Positions 24,064 to 36,486 of a DNA stretch of 64,000 nt are shown here, piece by piece. Numbering within the stretch: the stretch's first letter is position 1; each line of letters starts with the position of its first letter. The DNA lies in the NCBI GenBank assembly GCA_030167865.1, contig JALAGF010003296.1, positions 1 through 64,000 on the forward strand, read 5' to 3'. Source of the stretch: Craspedostauros australis (Eukaryota). Below the pieces are notes generated by a model, which was given only the letters and a program-made list of their open reading frames with translations, had not been told where the DNA came from and searched no databases. The position numbers and the translations under genes are program-made.

Positions 24064-24666
24064 ATGAAGACAACCTCCGGATTGTTCGCGCTGTCCTGCT
24101 TGGCCGCAGGTTCCCACGCCTTCCAACCAACGTCCATCCACAAGCCCGAGACCAGCACCGTGCATCACATGACGCCCGAGATCGTCGAGCCATCCTACAA
24201 CCTGGCCCTGGGCGCCCTGGGCGTGGGAGTCCTCGGTGGCGCCCTCGAAGACCTGCGCAACGATCAGGGCGACAAGTTGCCAACGGCCAAGCTGTTCGGT
24301 GGAGCGGCCTTGCTCTTCGCCACGTTCGCTCTGTTCCTGGCATTCCAGACCACGACCTTGCGGTTCGCCTTCGACGACGACGCCTTTGCGCTCGTCAAGA
24401 CGGAGACGCAGGAGTCCTTTGAGAATGTGGTGGTAGGAGGCACGAACAGCTGGAAGTACGAAAGCTTCGTGAATTGGAGCTTTCTGCCGTCGAAGCAATT
24501 TCCCATTTTGGTGTATTTCCGCGAGACGCAGACCCCTGTGGATATGCGCGAAGACGCTCCCATCGTGGTGGATGATCTAGATGGGCAGGTGCACTTCTTT
24601 CCCTCCATATCCAACGCCCAGCAATTGGAGGACGGCTTCCTTCGATACAATTGTAAGAAGTTGTAA
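24064..24666 (+). CDS. DUF3119-family plastid membrane protein
   Basis: Bipartite presequence (..AAGSHA|FQP), two TMs, and FLAFQTTTLRFAF, ENVVVGGTNSWKYESFVNW, PILVYFRETQ, GQVHFFP. Confidence 0.85.
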   Translation: MKTTSGLFALSCLAAGSHAFQPTSIHKPETSTVHHMTPEIVEPSYNLALGALGVGVLGGALEDLRNDQGDKLPTAKLFGGAALLFATFALFLAFQTTTLRFAFDDDAFALVKTETQESFENVVVGGTNSWKYESFVNWSFLPSKQFPILVYFRETQTPVDMREDAPIVVDDLDGQVHFFPSISNAQQLEDGFLRYNCKKL

Positions 24667-25095
24667 CGGGCGCTCGCTGCGCGAGCACTGCAACGGAAGA
24701 AGCTGCGATGAATAAGAGAGATGTCAACACGGATTCAAGCAGTATGTGCTGCTCGTACCGTGGGTGGTTCAATATCAGCACGTAGTCCCCCCTGTGTGAG
24801 GAGAGGTGCCAATGCATACACGTAGAATAAATACGGATGGATGTGCACATGACATGGCGCATGCCAAGCTAAAGGACACGGACGTTATCTTCAAGTATCA
24901 CACCCATGCGTGCGAGTACTCTGCAAGTTCTCAAGCAACGTATCTGTATTGAAATGTCTCTAAACTATGGTTCGTTAGCTGTGCGTCGGCACAGCGTGTG
25001 TCCTTGTGGAATGAGCACCAACATGCGCTCGCTTACATACGTACATGTAACACTTTGGAGGGTAGTTTGCCTCCGAGTACTCGTGGTGGGATATC

Positions 25096-28000
25096 TCAAC
25101 GTTTGCCAAATGGAAGCTGGAACAGCCCGCCGCCGCCGCCGCCATTCTTGTTTGAGAAAAAGCTGTGCCTCATCAGGCTTTGAATTGTGGGACGCTTCCT
25201 CGGATCCATGTGCAAGCAGGATTGGATCATCTGCAGCAGGTCCTTGTTCTCAATCGCGCCTTGGCTTTGCTCCGCTATTTCGAGGTGCTCCAGCCTGGCC
25301 AATGCCGCCATGATCTGATCGGGCGTCTTTCCATCGAAGTATCCTTTACCGGTCGCCATTTCGTATGCCAGCATTCCGAACGACCTGATCGACGTCGTGA
25401 GTGTTGAAGTGAATTCAAGCGAGGTAGAATGGAGTGCAAATAAAATGGAGTGCAGTGGAGTGGAACATTGTCGTAGAAGATGTTGCAGGTATGATTGTTG
25501 TTGCAAGGGAACGAATGAATGTGAGATATGAAGTCAGTGAAATCAAGATGGAAGCCACGATGGACAAGTCAGGGAACCAGCACCATCTCTTGCTTGTCCA
25601 CTGACGCTGGTGGTTTCCATTCGCTCAGTGACGCAACGTCCATGGCATGTTACCCAATACAACAACGCAACAATACAACGGCAACAACAATACAACAACC
25701 ACCAAACTCACCACACGTCGTAACTGTACTCCAGCACAAAATCGTACGCCTCCTCCTTCGCAAAGGCTTTCGCAAATTCCGGCGGGCACGCCTCGGGTGT
25801 GTAATCCATGGGATTGGACTTGAGCGGCATGGCGCTTTCAAAGTCGATGGCCTTGAATTCATCCTCACCGGTTAGGATGATGTTCTCCGTCTTGAGGTCG
25901 GTCCACACCAACCGCACGGAATGCACGTGCTGCAGGCACTTCAAGGCCGAAAGTAGGATATTCCCGATGACGTCGTCGTTGATGTCGGGATGGTGGTAGC
26001 GGTACATCTTGAGGTCTTCTTCGCCCTTCTCCATGACGAGCGCCGACATCTTGTCCCATTTCTTGGAGCTGTCGTCGGCACGTTCCAGGAACTCCTCGAC
26101 GTGCACGATGACGCCACGGTTGGCGCCGACGCGAATCTTTTGGTAGTTCTCGTACTCGCGGCGCAGGGCGTCTCGGTTGGACGTGACCTTGATGGCGTAG
26201 GCGGTGTCCAGGATGGGTTGCTGGTTGTCATCGATCCTGTATCCCGTGTAAATGAAGCTGCGTCCCGTGGCGCTCTTGATGGATTTGGCAGTGATCATGT
26301 ACTTGCCGTCGGCCAAGGATTGTCCCGTGAGACCCAGCTTCCTGGCTTCGTCCGAGAGTTCGACGCCGGTACCAAGAATCAAGCCGCCGCCGAGCGTGCT
26401 GGCGATGTTTCCTAAACTCCACGCTGATTTGAAGGGTGCCTTGAAGCTAATTCCTGGGGTCTTAGTATTTTCCGCCTCCTTCTCATCGTCGCCAGCGTCG
26501 TCGTCATCTTGTACGTTCTTGTGGACGTTGGCCTTGTTGGCGTCAGGGTTGGGCGCATCTTCTTCTTCCTCTTCTTCTTCGTCGACAACGACCAACGGAG
26601 AACCCAGCTTGTAGTTGGAACCGGATTGCGTCGCAACGACGGTGTTGGCAGCTGCCCGTCTTGGATTCGCCAATCTACTGGTGATGATGTCGGTGCCATC
26701 ATCGATTTCTGGATGGTTGGAGACCGTTCCCGTAACTTCTCCTGACTTTTGCACGACCCAATCATTGATGATGGGCACGGAATCCGGCGTCGCGATGCGG
26801 AGTGACGGTGATGGTATCTGAATGCTGGTGCTGTCGGCGGCGCTACCGTCCTGATTCCTGGCTGCGGCCTTGTTCTGTGCGAGGATCTTGTCCTTCTGCT
26901 CTTGGACGCGTCGCGCGAATTCCTCCTTCTTGTCCTTGCGCAGCTGCTCCTGTCGCTCCATCTCGAGCTGTCGCTGTTGCTGCTGCAGTTCGCGACGTTC
27001 CTGATCAGCCTTGAGTTTGTCACGGCGACGCTGTTCCTGCTGCTGACGTTGTTCCGCACGCAGCTGCTCGAGTCGTTGCGCCTCCTCCTTGCGACGTTGT
27101 GCTTCTTGATCACGTCGCTGCCGTCGTTCCTCCTGCCGGCGCTGCTCGTCCTCCATCTGCTTGCGGCGCGCCTGCTGCTGTTGCTCGAGCTGAATCTGCT
27201 TCTTATCAGCCTCCTCCTGACGCTGCTTGCGACGCTCGTCATCCTGCTTCTGTTTCTGCAGCGCGACCTTCTCGACCTCCTTGGCCTCGAACCGTTCGAT
27301 CTTGTCCTTGGCCTGCTGCAGCTCCTTTTGTAGGTCGGCGAGCTGGCGTCGCGACTGCGCCTTCGCGTCGTTGAGTTCCCGTTCGTGCTGCTTCTTGAGC
27401 AGGTTGGCGAGGCGGAGCTGCTGATCTCGCTCGTCCTCGGCCTTGCTTAGCTGGTCCCGTTTGCGCTTGAGTTCCTGCTGCAGCGAAGCGATCTGCGATT
27501 CGACGTTGGCACCGGCCTCGGATGATATTTGGGTTCGCAGGGCATCCAATTCGGCCTGCAGATCGGATCTTTGCTGATCCGCGACGTACTTGTAGTCGTG
27601 AAAGGCGGTGCGCATGAGGGAGATGGTGTCGTTCTGTTCGTGCGCCTGCGTCTGGAGGTTGGTGTAGTCGATCATGACCTGGTCGAGCTCCGTGAGGATT
27701 TGTTGGTTGGTGGACTGCTCGAGGAGGAAGCTGCGCTGGTACTGATCGCGCTGGATCTCCGCGGCCTCGAGCATGAGGAGGGTCTGGTTGAGCTGGTGCT
27801 GCTGGTCTTGGAGGATGAGGTCCGATTCCAGTTGCTGTTGCTGGTAGTACTCGAAGAGCGGGAGGTAGCTGATATCGTTGGATGTAATGTCGACATTGCC
27901 GTCGTTGCCGTCGTTGGTTTTGGCAGGTGTCATTGATGGCGGCGGCGGTGGATGTGCTGATTCTGACGATTGCGGTGACATGTGGGAAGACTTAACTCGC

Positions 28001-28749
28001 AGTTGTGCCTCTTCCATCTGATCATCGAGAACAGCCGCAGTGGAGTTAGTCGCCATGGAGGTCGCAGAAGTGGAGGCAGTCATGGCCGCGAGCGCCGCGG
28101 AGCTGCATTCTTGGAAGGTGCTGCCTGCCTCCATGCAGTCCTCCAGATACTGAATAGGATCTTCGGTGGTGGTGGAATTGAGCCCCTGCCCGATGGACCC
28201 TGCAGTGCCGATGTCATCATGTTTGTTGGCATGTTTGTTCATATGTTTGTTGTTAACACCATTGCTGACACCATTGTTCACATGATTGCTGACACCATTG
28301 CTGACAACAGGAATCACAGCCGCAGCCGCAACAGTGTCAGCAACAAGACCATTGATGATGGTGTCATTGGTGACTTGGGTGACTGCGGCATGATCGTACT
28401 CGTAGATGACGGCCTCCGTCTGATTGGCCAGAATCGCGGCACTGATCGCGTGCTCCAACTCCTGCCGATCTTGATGCGCGTCCGCGTGGCTGCCGTTCGA
28501 ATGAGAACCCCTGTCGTTTCTGGCAGCCGCTTGGTCTTGTTGCTGATGGCTGTCCTTCATGGCGTTCAGTGGCGACGACACTGTTGCATGAGTGTTGGTC
28601 TGCACTCGCTCATTGGGATGTGCGTCCGGACAAGGATGAAAGGAGGGCCTCGGCCTGGCTTGCATGAAGGCATGCGCGCCAAAGCGGTTGCGATGGCCCA
28701 TCAGGATGGCCAGCGTCATGGCCAGCACCAGGCGCCTTTGCGTCTGCAT
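25096..28749 (-). CDS. Putative plastid-targeted Ser/Thr protein kinase with a long coiled coil (2 exons)
   Basis: Signal peptide ..GAHA|FM and an E/Q/R/K coiled coil. Kinase motifs YAIKVT, REYENY, HSVRLVWTDLKTENII, AIDFES, DYTPEACPPE, DVW|SFGMLAYEMATG, DPRKRPTI. Intron 25711-25385 (GTGAG...TCAG) restores DVWSFG. Confidence 0.88.
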
Positions 28750-29493
28750 GGTGTTGTGCTGAGAGTAAGCCAGCGGCGCGATGCTCCCTCAATGTGTGCT
28801 CTGTGCTTGCGATGTTCGTGTTGAGTGGGTGTCGAGTGGGTGTTGTTATACGGTCGCAATATAGTAGATCGTCCGCAAGGAGCAGTGGAATGAATGGAAG
28901 GGATGGACTGGATCAATGGAATGCATCAATGGTGTCAGGAATGCCGATCCATCAATTGTGATCTTTCGAACGGCATCAGTCGCTCACACCAGCAGCTGCG
29001 AAAAGATCGTCGAGCGCGTGGTGCAGTAGGTCGTGGGGACATGTGCCAAGAGAACAGCGTTGCTTCCCTCTCTCGGAACATGTGTGTGTGTGGTGTTCTG
29101 ATTGCAGAGAACGCAAAATCCAGCCAGTGATGCCAACCAAAACTCTCACATGGTGGGCAAACTCGCGCGCAGAAATGCCAACGGAAACAGCTGTCATTCT
29201 TCGGATTCAGTTCAACACGAGGATGTTCTTTGTCTGCGCGGATTGTTCGCCTAAATCTCACTGGTCGAAACGTGACGGTGTTCGCTCCAGTCAACCATTT
29301 TTGAAATACTCTCTTTCTGTCTGCAGAGAGACAGACTATCATCGGTTAGAGTAGAGTAGAGCAGTGTGGAGCAGATTGTTGCCACATTGCACCCATCCTT
29401 TCATGTTCTATGATTATATAACATTATATAATTTCATGTGTAGTAATGGCAGTCCAACCATACTGTTTCACTCTGGTCGTTTATGATCTGCAC

Positions 29494-31731
29494 TCACGAC
29501 GACTCGAACACTGCAAAGTCTGACAGGGTCGTCTTCCACAGCAGCTCACCACGCAACGTGTGTCCTTTGGCTTCCGTCACCTTGACGGCGGCGTACTCGC
29601 CCGGCACGAGCTGCACCAGATCACCAGTATCCCCAACGACATCATCAACGCCATCATCATCATCATCATCACCATCATCAACGCCATCATGCCCACGAAC
29701 GTGCGTCCGCATCGACGTGTACTGCGCATGACTCGCATTCACAGGAAACAGGATGCGCTTGTTCTGATCCGTGCGTCCATGCCAATTCGTGTCTCCCTGC
29801 GGTGACTTGCGCTTGGCCTCGCCTTCGACCAGCACCAACCGGGTGCGGCCCACCTCGTGCTCCACGTTCTTGGCGTGCACCTGCTCGCGGAACGTGTCGA
29901 TCAGCTCCTGCAGCCGCCGCTGCTTCACGGCAACCGGCACGTCGTCCTGCATGGTGCGATGCGCATGCGTCTTTTCGCGCATGCTGTAGGCGAACAGGAA
30001 GGCCTGGTCGTACCGCACGTGCTCGAGCAGGGTGACGGTGTCGCGGTGGTCCTGCTCCGTCTCACCGCAGAAACCCGCGATGAAGTCGGACGACAGAGCC
30101 ACGTCGGGGAGGATGGCATGCACCGCGTCGATCAGCTCCAGGTAGGCCCCGCGCGAGTATCCTCGTTTCATGCGCTTCAGCATGGCCGTCGATCCGGATT
30201 GCGCAGGCAGATGCAGCTGATTGCACACGTTGGGACGTTCGGCCATGAGATGCAGCAGCTCGGTGGGGTAGTCCTTGGGATGCGGCGACGTGAAGCGCAC
30301 GCGAAGTTCCGGTGACACGTCGCTCACGGCTGCCACGAGATCCGCAAAATGGTACCCGCCCACGTGATGGCTGCGGCGAATTCTGGATTGGAAGCCGTCG
30401 TTGGACACGGTCGGACTGGGCGTGTTGGGTCGCAGCAGCATGGCCGCGTCGGAACGGTCATGGTAGGAGTTGACGTTCTGCCCCAGCAGCACCACCTCCC
30501 TGGCATTGTGGTCGTGCACAAGATGGCGCACCTCGTCCAGGATGGAGTCGTAGGGGCGGCTGCGTTCCTGGCCTCCGCGCGTGAATGGGACTATGCAGAA
30601 GGCGCAGCGGTTGGAGCACCCACGTTGGATGGATACGAAAGCGGATCCGGCCGATCCCGATTGCAGCGTGTTCGGATCGCGAACGGGCAGGATGTCCTCG
30701 TAGGTCTCCTCCTGCGACAGCTGCACGTTGATGGCCTGGTGGATGGGATCCTGCCTGTCGCTGACGCCAGTATCATTGTCACCGTCGTCGTCATGGTCGT
30801 TGTTGTGATTGTCGTTGCTGTTGCTACTGCTATTGGCGCCAATCTGTGTGGACAACGCATGATCCACCAGCAAGTCATCCAGCAGACGAGGGATGTCCCT
30901 GTAGGCATCCGGTCCAACCACCAGATCTGCCAAATTATCCTTGAACAGCTCGTCCTGCAATCGTTCCGCCATGCAACCCAGCAAACCTACGACCTGCTTC
31001 GGTGGCGCATCATGTTTGTTCACAACATACGCAGCGTCATCCTTGTTGTCATAGTTGCTGTCGTGACTGTTGTTGTTGTTGTAACTCACATGCACAGCTA
31101 CACCATCGTCGTGATCACCCATCGCATCGCTGCCAACACGCTCGACAACACTCTCGACACCACGCCGCTGCCGCTGCTTGTAGGCCTTCATGGCAGCCCT
31201 GAGCTTGACCTGCTTCTGCTTGCGCAATCCACGCAGCCGCTGCCACACCTTGCGTTCCGCATTGTCGCGAATCGCGCAGGTGTTGGTCAGCCAGATATCC
31301 GCGTCCTCCTCGCGCTTGGCCTCGCGATAGCCTGCTTGCAGCAGCACCGCTCGCACGACGTCCGTGTCGCTCACATTCATCTGGCAGCCGTACGTCTTGA
31401 TGGAGAACGTGTGCGGTTTGATGGTGGCTTCATTTGCACTCGAAGCGTTGCTACTGTTGTTGCTGCTGCTGCTGCTAGATGAAGCCAACGACGGCGACAG
31501 GCGCTGGCTGACAGTGTCGCTCACAAAGTGGGACAGAGTCAAGCCATCCTGAGGGATCTCGCGGCGCCTTGCGCTGTCCACCTCTCCTTGGCTTCGACGA
31601 GATGTGGCAGTCGACAGCGATGCTGCACATGGAACGCTGTTGGTCAGCAGCCTTGGGGATCTTGTCGCGCCATTGCGCAGTCTCACCGAAGATGTGAGGA
31701 TGCTCCTGCTCAACGGTAAAATGCGTTTCAT
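29494..31731 (-). CDS. CDK5RAP1: MiaB/CDK5RAP1 radical-SAM tRNA methylthiotransferase, probably mitochondrial
   Basis: TYGCQMNVSD, NTCAIRDNAE, LGCMAERL, GCSNRCAFCIVPFTRG (CxxxCxxC), LLGQNVNSY, RFTSPHPKD, LHLPAQSGS, SDFIAGFCGET and a C-terminal TRAM domain. R/S-rich N-terminal presequence. Confidence 0.95.
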   Translation of the reverse strand: MKRILPLSRSILTSSVRLRNGATRSPRLLTNSVPCAASLSTATSRRSQGEVDSARRREIPQDGLTLSHFVSDTVSQRLSPSLASSSSSSSNNSSNASSANEATIKPHTFSIKTYGCQMNVSDTDVVRAVLLQAGYREAKREEDADIWLTNTCAIRDNAERKVWQRLRGLRKQKQVKLRAAMKAYKQRQRRGVESVVERVGSDAMGDHDDGVAVHVSYNNNNSHDSNYDNKDDAAYVVNKHDAPPKQVVGLLGCMAERLQDELFKDNLADLVVGPDAYRDIPRLLDDLLVDHALSTQIGANSSSNSNDNHNNDHDDDGDNDTGVSDRQDPIHQAINVQLSQEETYEDILPVRDPNTLQSGSAGSAFVSIQRGCSNRCAFCIVPFTRGGQERSRPYDSILDEVRHLVHDHNAREVVLLGQNVNSYHDRSDAAMLLRPNTPSPTVSNDGFQSRIRRSHHVGGYHFADLVAAVSDVSPELRVRFTSPHPKDYPTELLHLMAERPNVCNQLHLPAQSGSTAMLKRMKRGYSRGAYLELIDAVHAILPDVALSSDFIAGFCGETEQDHRDTVTLLEHVRYDQAFLFAYSMREKTHAHRTMQDDVPVAVKQRRLQELIDTFREQVHAKNVEHEVGRTRLVLVEGEAKRKSPQGDTNWHGRTDQNKRILFPVNASHAQYTSMRTHVRGHDGVDDGDDDDDDGVDDVVGDTGDLVQLVPGEYAAVKVTEAKGHTLRGELLWKTTLSDFAVFESS

Positions 31732-31793
31732 TGTCTGTCTATTCGTCTATTTGTGAGTGTGAGTGTGAATGTGGGTGTGCGTCATTGTCTTTG

Positions 31794-31847
31794 TCTCACT
31801 CTCTGCCCCTCTCACTATCACTCTCACTATCACTCTCACTCTCACTC
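31794..31847. repeat. Imperfect (CTCACT)n microsatellite just upstream of the MiaB start
   Basis: ctcactatcactctcactatcactctcactctcactc visible in the sequence. Confidence 0.85.
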
Positions 31848-34800
31848 TGGAGAGAAAGATGCGTTGATGGGTGTGGATGCGTCATCGCAGCACAAACAGC
31901 TGCGGCAAGATCGCAGGACAGGAACGAGTTTGTGTCGTGGTCAGCGCTGATTCCACGTGAAAGCAAAATGGCTGAGTCACGTATGTATGAAGCGTGAATG
32001 ACTGTTTATGTTTCTGGAACAACTTCTATTTGCTTTGACGAAAACAGACATACAACAGGGACAGCCATACAAGAACAACAGCCAAACCCATGTCGAAACC
32101 TGTCAACGGAACCATTTCCGATCGTGGTTGTTTCTCACTTACACTTTCGCAACATTGCATACTGGAATGACATCTATACCAGGCCAAGTGAACGAGCATG
32201 GCCAAGTGAGAAACTGATCCATCGCTTTGGCGCGGATGCATTCAGCGCAGCTGGTATGTCATGCCATGTCATGTCATCTAATCTCCCTGGCGGGACGGCG
32301 ATGCCCAGCGAAGCTTCACTTCATCGGACATGGAGTGGTGGAGGACGAGCTCATCAGAGTCGCTCCCTGCTCGATTGCGGTGTGCGAGTATGAACATGGG
32401 CATGGCAAACAAGGCGACCGTATCAAACGAGAGCGGAATCATCATGGCGCATAGGAACCGTCTCCAATACCGAAGAGGACCTGCATTTCGCCGCTTTTCC
32501 AACATCCATGGCTGATCGTTGTTGCTACGCGCGACTCTCGTTGCCATTGAGGTGAAGAACTAAAATGCCATCTGGTGGCGTCGCGCGAAGCCTCTTCCTC
32601 TTTGGTGAGGTCGTGACGACGATTATGGTGCCGATTTCGCACCAACCATGATCCTTCCTCTGGCGCGATACCGGCGCTTCTCGCGGTGCGGACAGGATTT
32701 TTCACTTCACGTTACCAACACAGACCGTACACGTACGTTGCAGAGACGATCACTGTGCATGATAGTATCTGAACACGGATCCATCCCAAGACAAGTCAGC
32801 GGGAGACAGCAACAGCCACATCAATCCATGAGATGCCCTCTCGATACCAACAAAACAACTCATCCCTTGTCCATCATGGCTCTGTACACAACAGCAACAG
32901 CAATAACGAGGTCGTGCGTGAGTGGAGGTACCAGGAGCACAGCACATGCTTGCCGATGAGACGCCGACGTCCGTCCACGAACACAGACCAGCCAAAAGGT
33001 CAGGGCCGACCAAGAACTGCAGCGATCAAACCCTTTTCGTTTTTCCAGTCCATGTTCGCTCGGGCACAGACAACCGACTTTTTGTTTTGTATCAATCTTC
33101 GTCTTCGTTCGTGCCTTCACCCCAGCCATTGCGATAGATCGTGGTACCATGCTGTGCAAGACTGCTGCCTTCGGGGATTGGGGCAAGACCTGTCGCGATC
33201 TGTTCTTTCGGACACTGCCTGGAACTTTTTGTGCGGCGGTAGCGGAAGCAACGCCACGCAGACAACGACCAAAAACAGAGAGTCTTGATGCGCGCAGAGC
33301 AGAGCCTGTCCGAGCCATACCCGTGGCCAGCGCCGTACGATTAATGAGCATTGGGACGAGCAATGTGCACACCACGAAGGGGCCTTTTCCTTTTTTCCTT
33401 CGCGTACCACAGTGGTGTGTGACACGAATAGGTTGCAAGGCTCGTCGATCGCGGACGTGATGGTCTCTGTCCATTCCATTTACTCTTCAAAGTCATTTGT
33501 GGAGGCGTCAGTGTCTCCTTTGCGCTGTTGCAACACGGAGGGAAACGAAGGCAACAAGCTTAGCCAGACTGCGAATAGCGGTAGTGGTGTCAGACTTTTG
33601 TCACTGTCATTGTGGCTCTGATGACAAGGACCCGATGAATGTCGACACCATCACCAAAGCGCCATGCGTTGCCGTCTGATGCCTGAATGGTTGGTTGATG
33701 GTGTGGAGGCGGTTCATGCTTTTGTTTGCATTTGTGACCTTCTGGGCAGCGACCCCCAAACTCGTTCCCGAACAACTCTCGACTTCTTCCTTGTCTCTCC
33801 TCCTCTTTGTTGGATCTTTCTTCCCTTCATGCTCGGCGAGTTCCTGGTGCTTGCGTGCTGGCCATCATTCCTCATGTTGCCCCAGCGCCACGTGAGCTCC
33901 TATGCATGCTACTACTGCGCGAATGGAAGAAATATTCGGGGGATCACCGCAACCAAGACCAGAAAGGGAAGGCGAGGTTTCATCGGCGACGATGATAGCT
34001 ATGTACATGGGCGTTGCCCCACAACAATGACGAGCTGCCACAAGCACCAGTGGAGCAAGGACATCACGAGACTTGCTCTGCCCGCATCTTGTTTGTTTCT
34101 ACAGACGAGATGACAGAGCGACGAAGTGCTCGTTCAGCTCGCGAGGCGCGAAAAGCGTGGAATCGAGTTGTTTCCTTTCGTGTCTTTCGTTCCCTTGGAT
34201 ACAAGAGCCACAGATCCTCCTCCAGAGACGAGACGGGAAAACAGCGCCGCTGCGGAGAAGTTCTACCACGCCGTACCAGTATGTTGTTCGGTCACATCGC
34301 CGGAACGCTGCGGCCATGTTGTGGAAGTAGCTTCGCCGATGGACATGTATTTCGTGGGCACGTTTTCATCACACCAACCTGGTGAACATGCGGTGCCAAT
34401 TGTGCGTGAGTTTGAGAACCTTGGGTTTCTGCAAGGACCTGCACACTGGCGTGAGAGTTTCGGATATCAATTGCGCCCTTTCGATGTCGCACAGATATCA
34501 AAGATCGCATTTGCATCATTGAAGGTTGTCAAAGATAATTTTTCGGGGAATTGAATGTCCTTGGCATTCCTCTCCGAAATGCCCATAACCAGAAGGGAAA
34601 ACAGGTACAGTTCTGAGAGTTCCGTGTGGTAGTTGTCCTCGTCCGTTGTGGCCAATGTTCGCTTCCCATCTCAGTCGCTCATCGATTTCGCGAGATGTGG
34701 TGGTCGTCGTTGCCAGCCTGACCTCCGTCCGTTCGTTGAAGAGAAATATCGAAGCCACCATTGATACTTTGGTCGGAGCAAGAGTGAGCTTTGACGGGTG

Positions 34801-35239
34801 CCATTGACAAAATGGCAGCGGGGAGAACACACAAGAAGCGTTCGTGCGCCCAATCAACCATCTTGACAGCGCGGTCTTGCGTGCAGCATTTGTAGTGTGC
34901 CATGTTGGAGTTGACACTCACAGCAACCAAGACTGCAGAAGATCACGGTGATGTTGTCAGTTGTTTCCTTCGTTTGTCGTTTTCATTCCTCGTTCTGTTG
35001 TTTGTTACGCCCTCGATGCGCCATGTTGGTCGTGTTGCGCCCATGACAACACACCAACAACACGCGGCATCGCGTTGGATCGCGGCATTCTTTCGCCCAT
35101 CACAACTCCTCACCCACACCCCTCACAATTCAACCCAAGACCCACAATCAACACAAAGCTCACAAAAAGCACACCTGTGCAAACCGATCACCACCATCAC
35201 CAACACCATCATCACCCACGAACTCCATCGAACAGCACC

Positions 35240-36274
35240 ATGACATTCCAAACACCAACACCAACACCACAAGCAACAGCAACACCAGAATCACTGTCAA
35301 TGCCGACATCTCAAGTCATGTCCCCCTCTCTCTACTCCTCGGCCGATGGCAATGAGAGCATCGCCTCCCTGTGCTCCATCTCATGCGGCTCGGCTTCCAG
35401 CGGCGATGACTCGTCCTCCGACGCCGATTCCAACCAGGGAGACGACATCGTGCCGGACCGATTCATCTGCCCGCTGACGCTGGACGTGATGAAGGAGCCG
35501 ATGTACAGCAGGTACGGACACAACTTCGAGCGCAAGGCCATCCTCCAGTGGCTCTCCAAGGAAGCCGCCTGCCCCTTGACGAGAAAGCCGCTGGGCCTTT
35601 CCTGCGTCATCCGCAACCACAGGCTGCAGAAGGAGATCGACGATTGGAAGGCGGAGCAGAAGGAGACCGGCAAGGACCTCGCCGGAAACAGCAGCAGCGA
35701 CGACGAAGACGATGAAGAAGAGGACGAGGTGCCGGCCGAGTTCGTCTGCCCGCTGACCAACGAGATCATGAAGTTCCCCATCATGACCAGATACGGCGAC
35801 AACATGGAACGCTCGGCGATCGTGCGATGGCTCAACTCCGGCAACGCCTTCTGCCCCATCCACTGCAAGCCTTTGCTGCCGCGCGACATCCTGCCTAACC
35901 GAGCCTTGCAGCATCGCATCCATGCCTGGCGCTTGGTGCACGGCATGGCCCAGCCAGGTGGCGATGAGGACGACGAGCACGATTTCTCCGCCACCTCGTT
36001 CACGAATCCCTACACCGCCGCATCCATCAACACAACGTCGGGGCAGCTCACGCCGGAGACCGAAGCCATGCTTGTCCAGGTCTTCAACAGCACGGCCGTT
36101 TCGGACCTCGCATCCACCACAGCACCAACGCCAACGTCGTCATCATCATCGAGCCGCCGACACCGCCAGAGACGACGAACACAGGAATCCGGCAGCAGCG
36201 CAGACGCGGCAGCGACCAGCGGCAAGACTTCGATCAGACGGGCTCTGCGCGCTCGATTGTTCGGCAAGAGTTGA
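35240..36274 (+). CDS. Tandem U-box domain protein (putative E3 ubiquitin ligase)
   Basis: Two U-boxes: VPDRFICPLTLDVMKEPM..GHNFERKAILQWL..CPLTRKPL..NHRLQKEIDDW and VPAEFVCPLTNEIMKFPI..ERSAIVRWL..CPIHCKPL..PNRALQHRIHAW. ATG at 35240. Confidence 0.92.
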   Translation: MTFQTPTPTPQATATPESLSMPTSQVMSPSLYSSADGNESIASLCSISCGSASSGDDSSSDADSNQGDDIVPDRFICPLTLDVMKEPMYSRYGHNFERKAILQWLSKEAACPLTRKPLGLSCVIRNHRLQKEIDDWKAEQKETGKDLAGNSSSDDEDDEEEDEVPAEFVCPLTNEIMKFPIMTRYGDNMERSAIVRWLNSGNAFCPIHCKPLLPRDILPNRALQHRIHAWRLVHGMAQPGGDEDDEHDFSATSFTNPYTAASINTTSGQLTPETEAMLVQVFNSTAVSDLASTTAPTPTSSSSSSRRHRQRRRTQESGSSADAAATSGKTSIRRALRARLFGKS

Positions 36275-36403
36275 ACAGCTCGGAGCATCGCAGATACCCT
36301 CCAGTCCCAACGGAGCACTCTATGTATGAGGACTCCACACTGCATCAGGCGCCACGATAGACGCACGCATGCACGCGCAATATCCAGGTAGAACACTTGC
36401 GAC

Positions 36404-36453
36404 TACAATACAATACAATATTATATAGTACAATACAATACAATACAATACAA
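36404..36453. repeat. (TACAA)n pentanucleotide microsatellite
   Basis: Runs of tacaa between convergent gene ends. Confidence 0.85.
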
Positions 36454-36486
36454 CACCTACTCACTCGTGTATCATATTCTATGATA

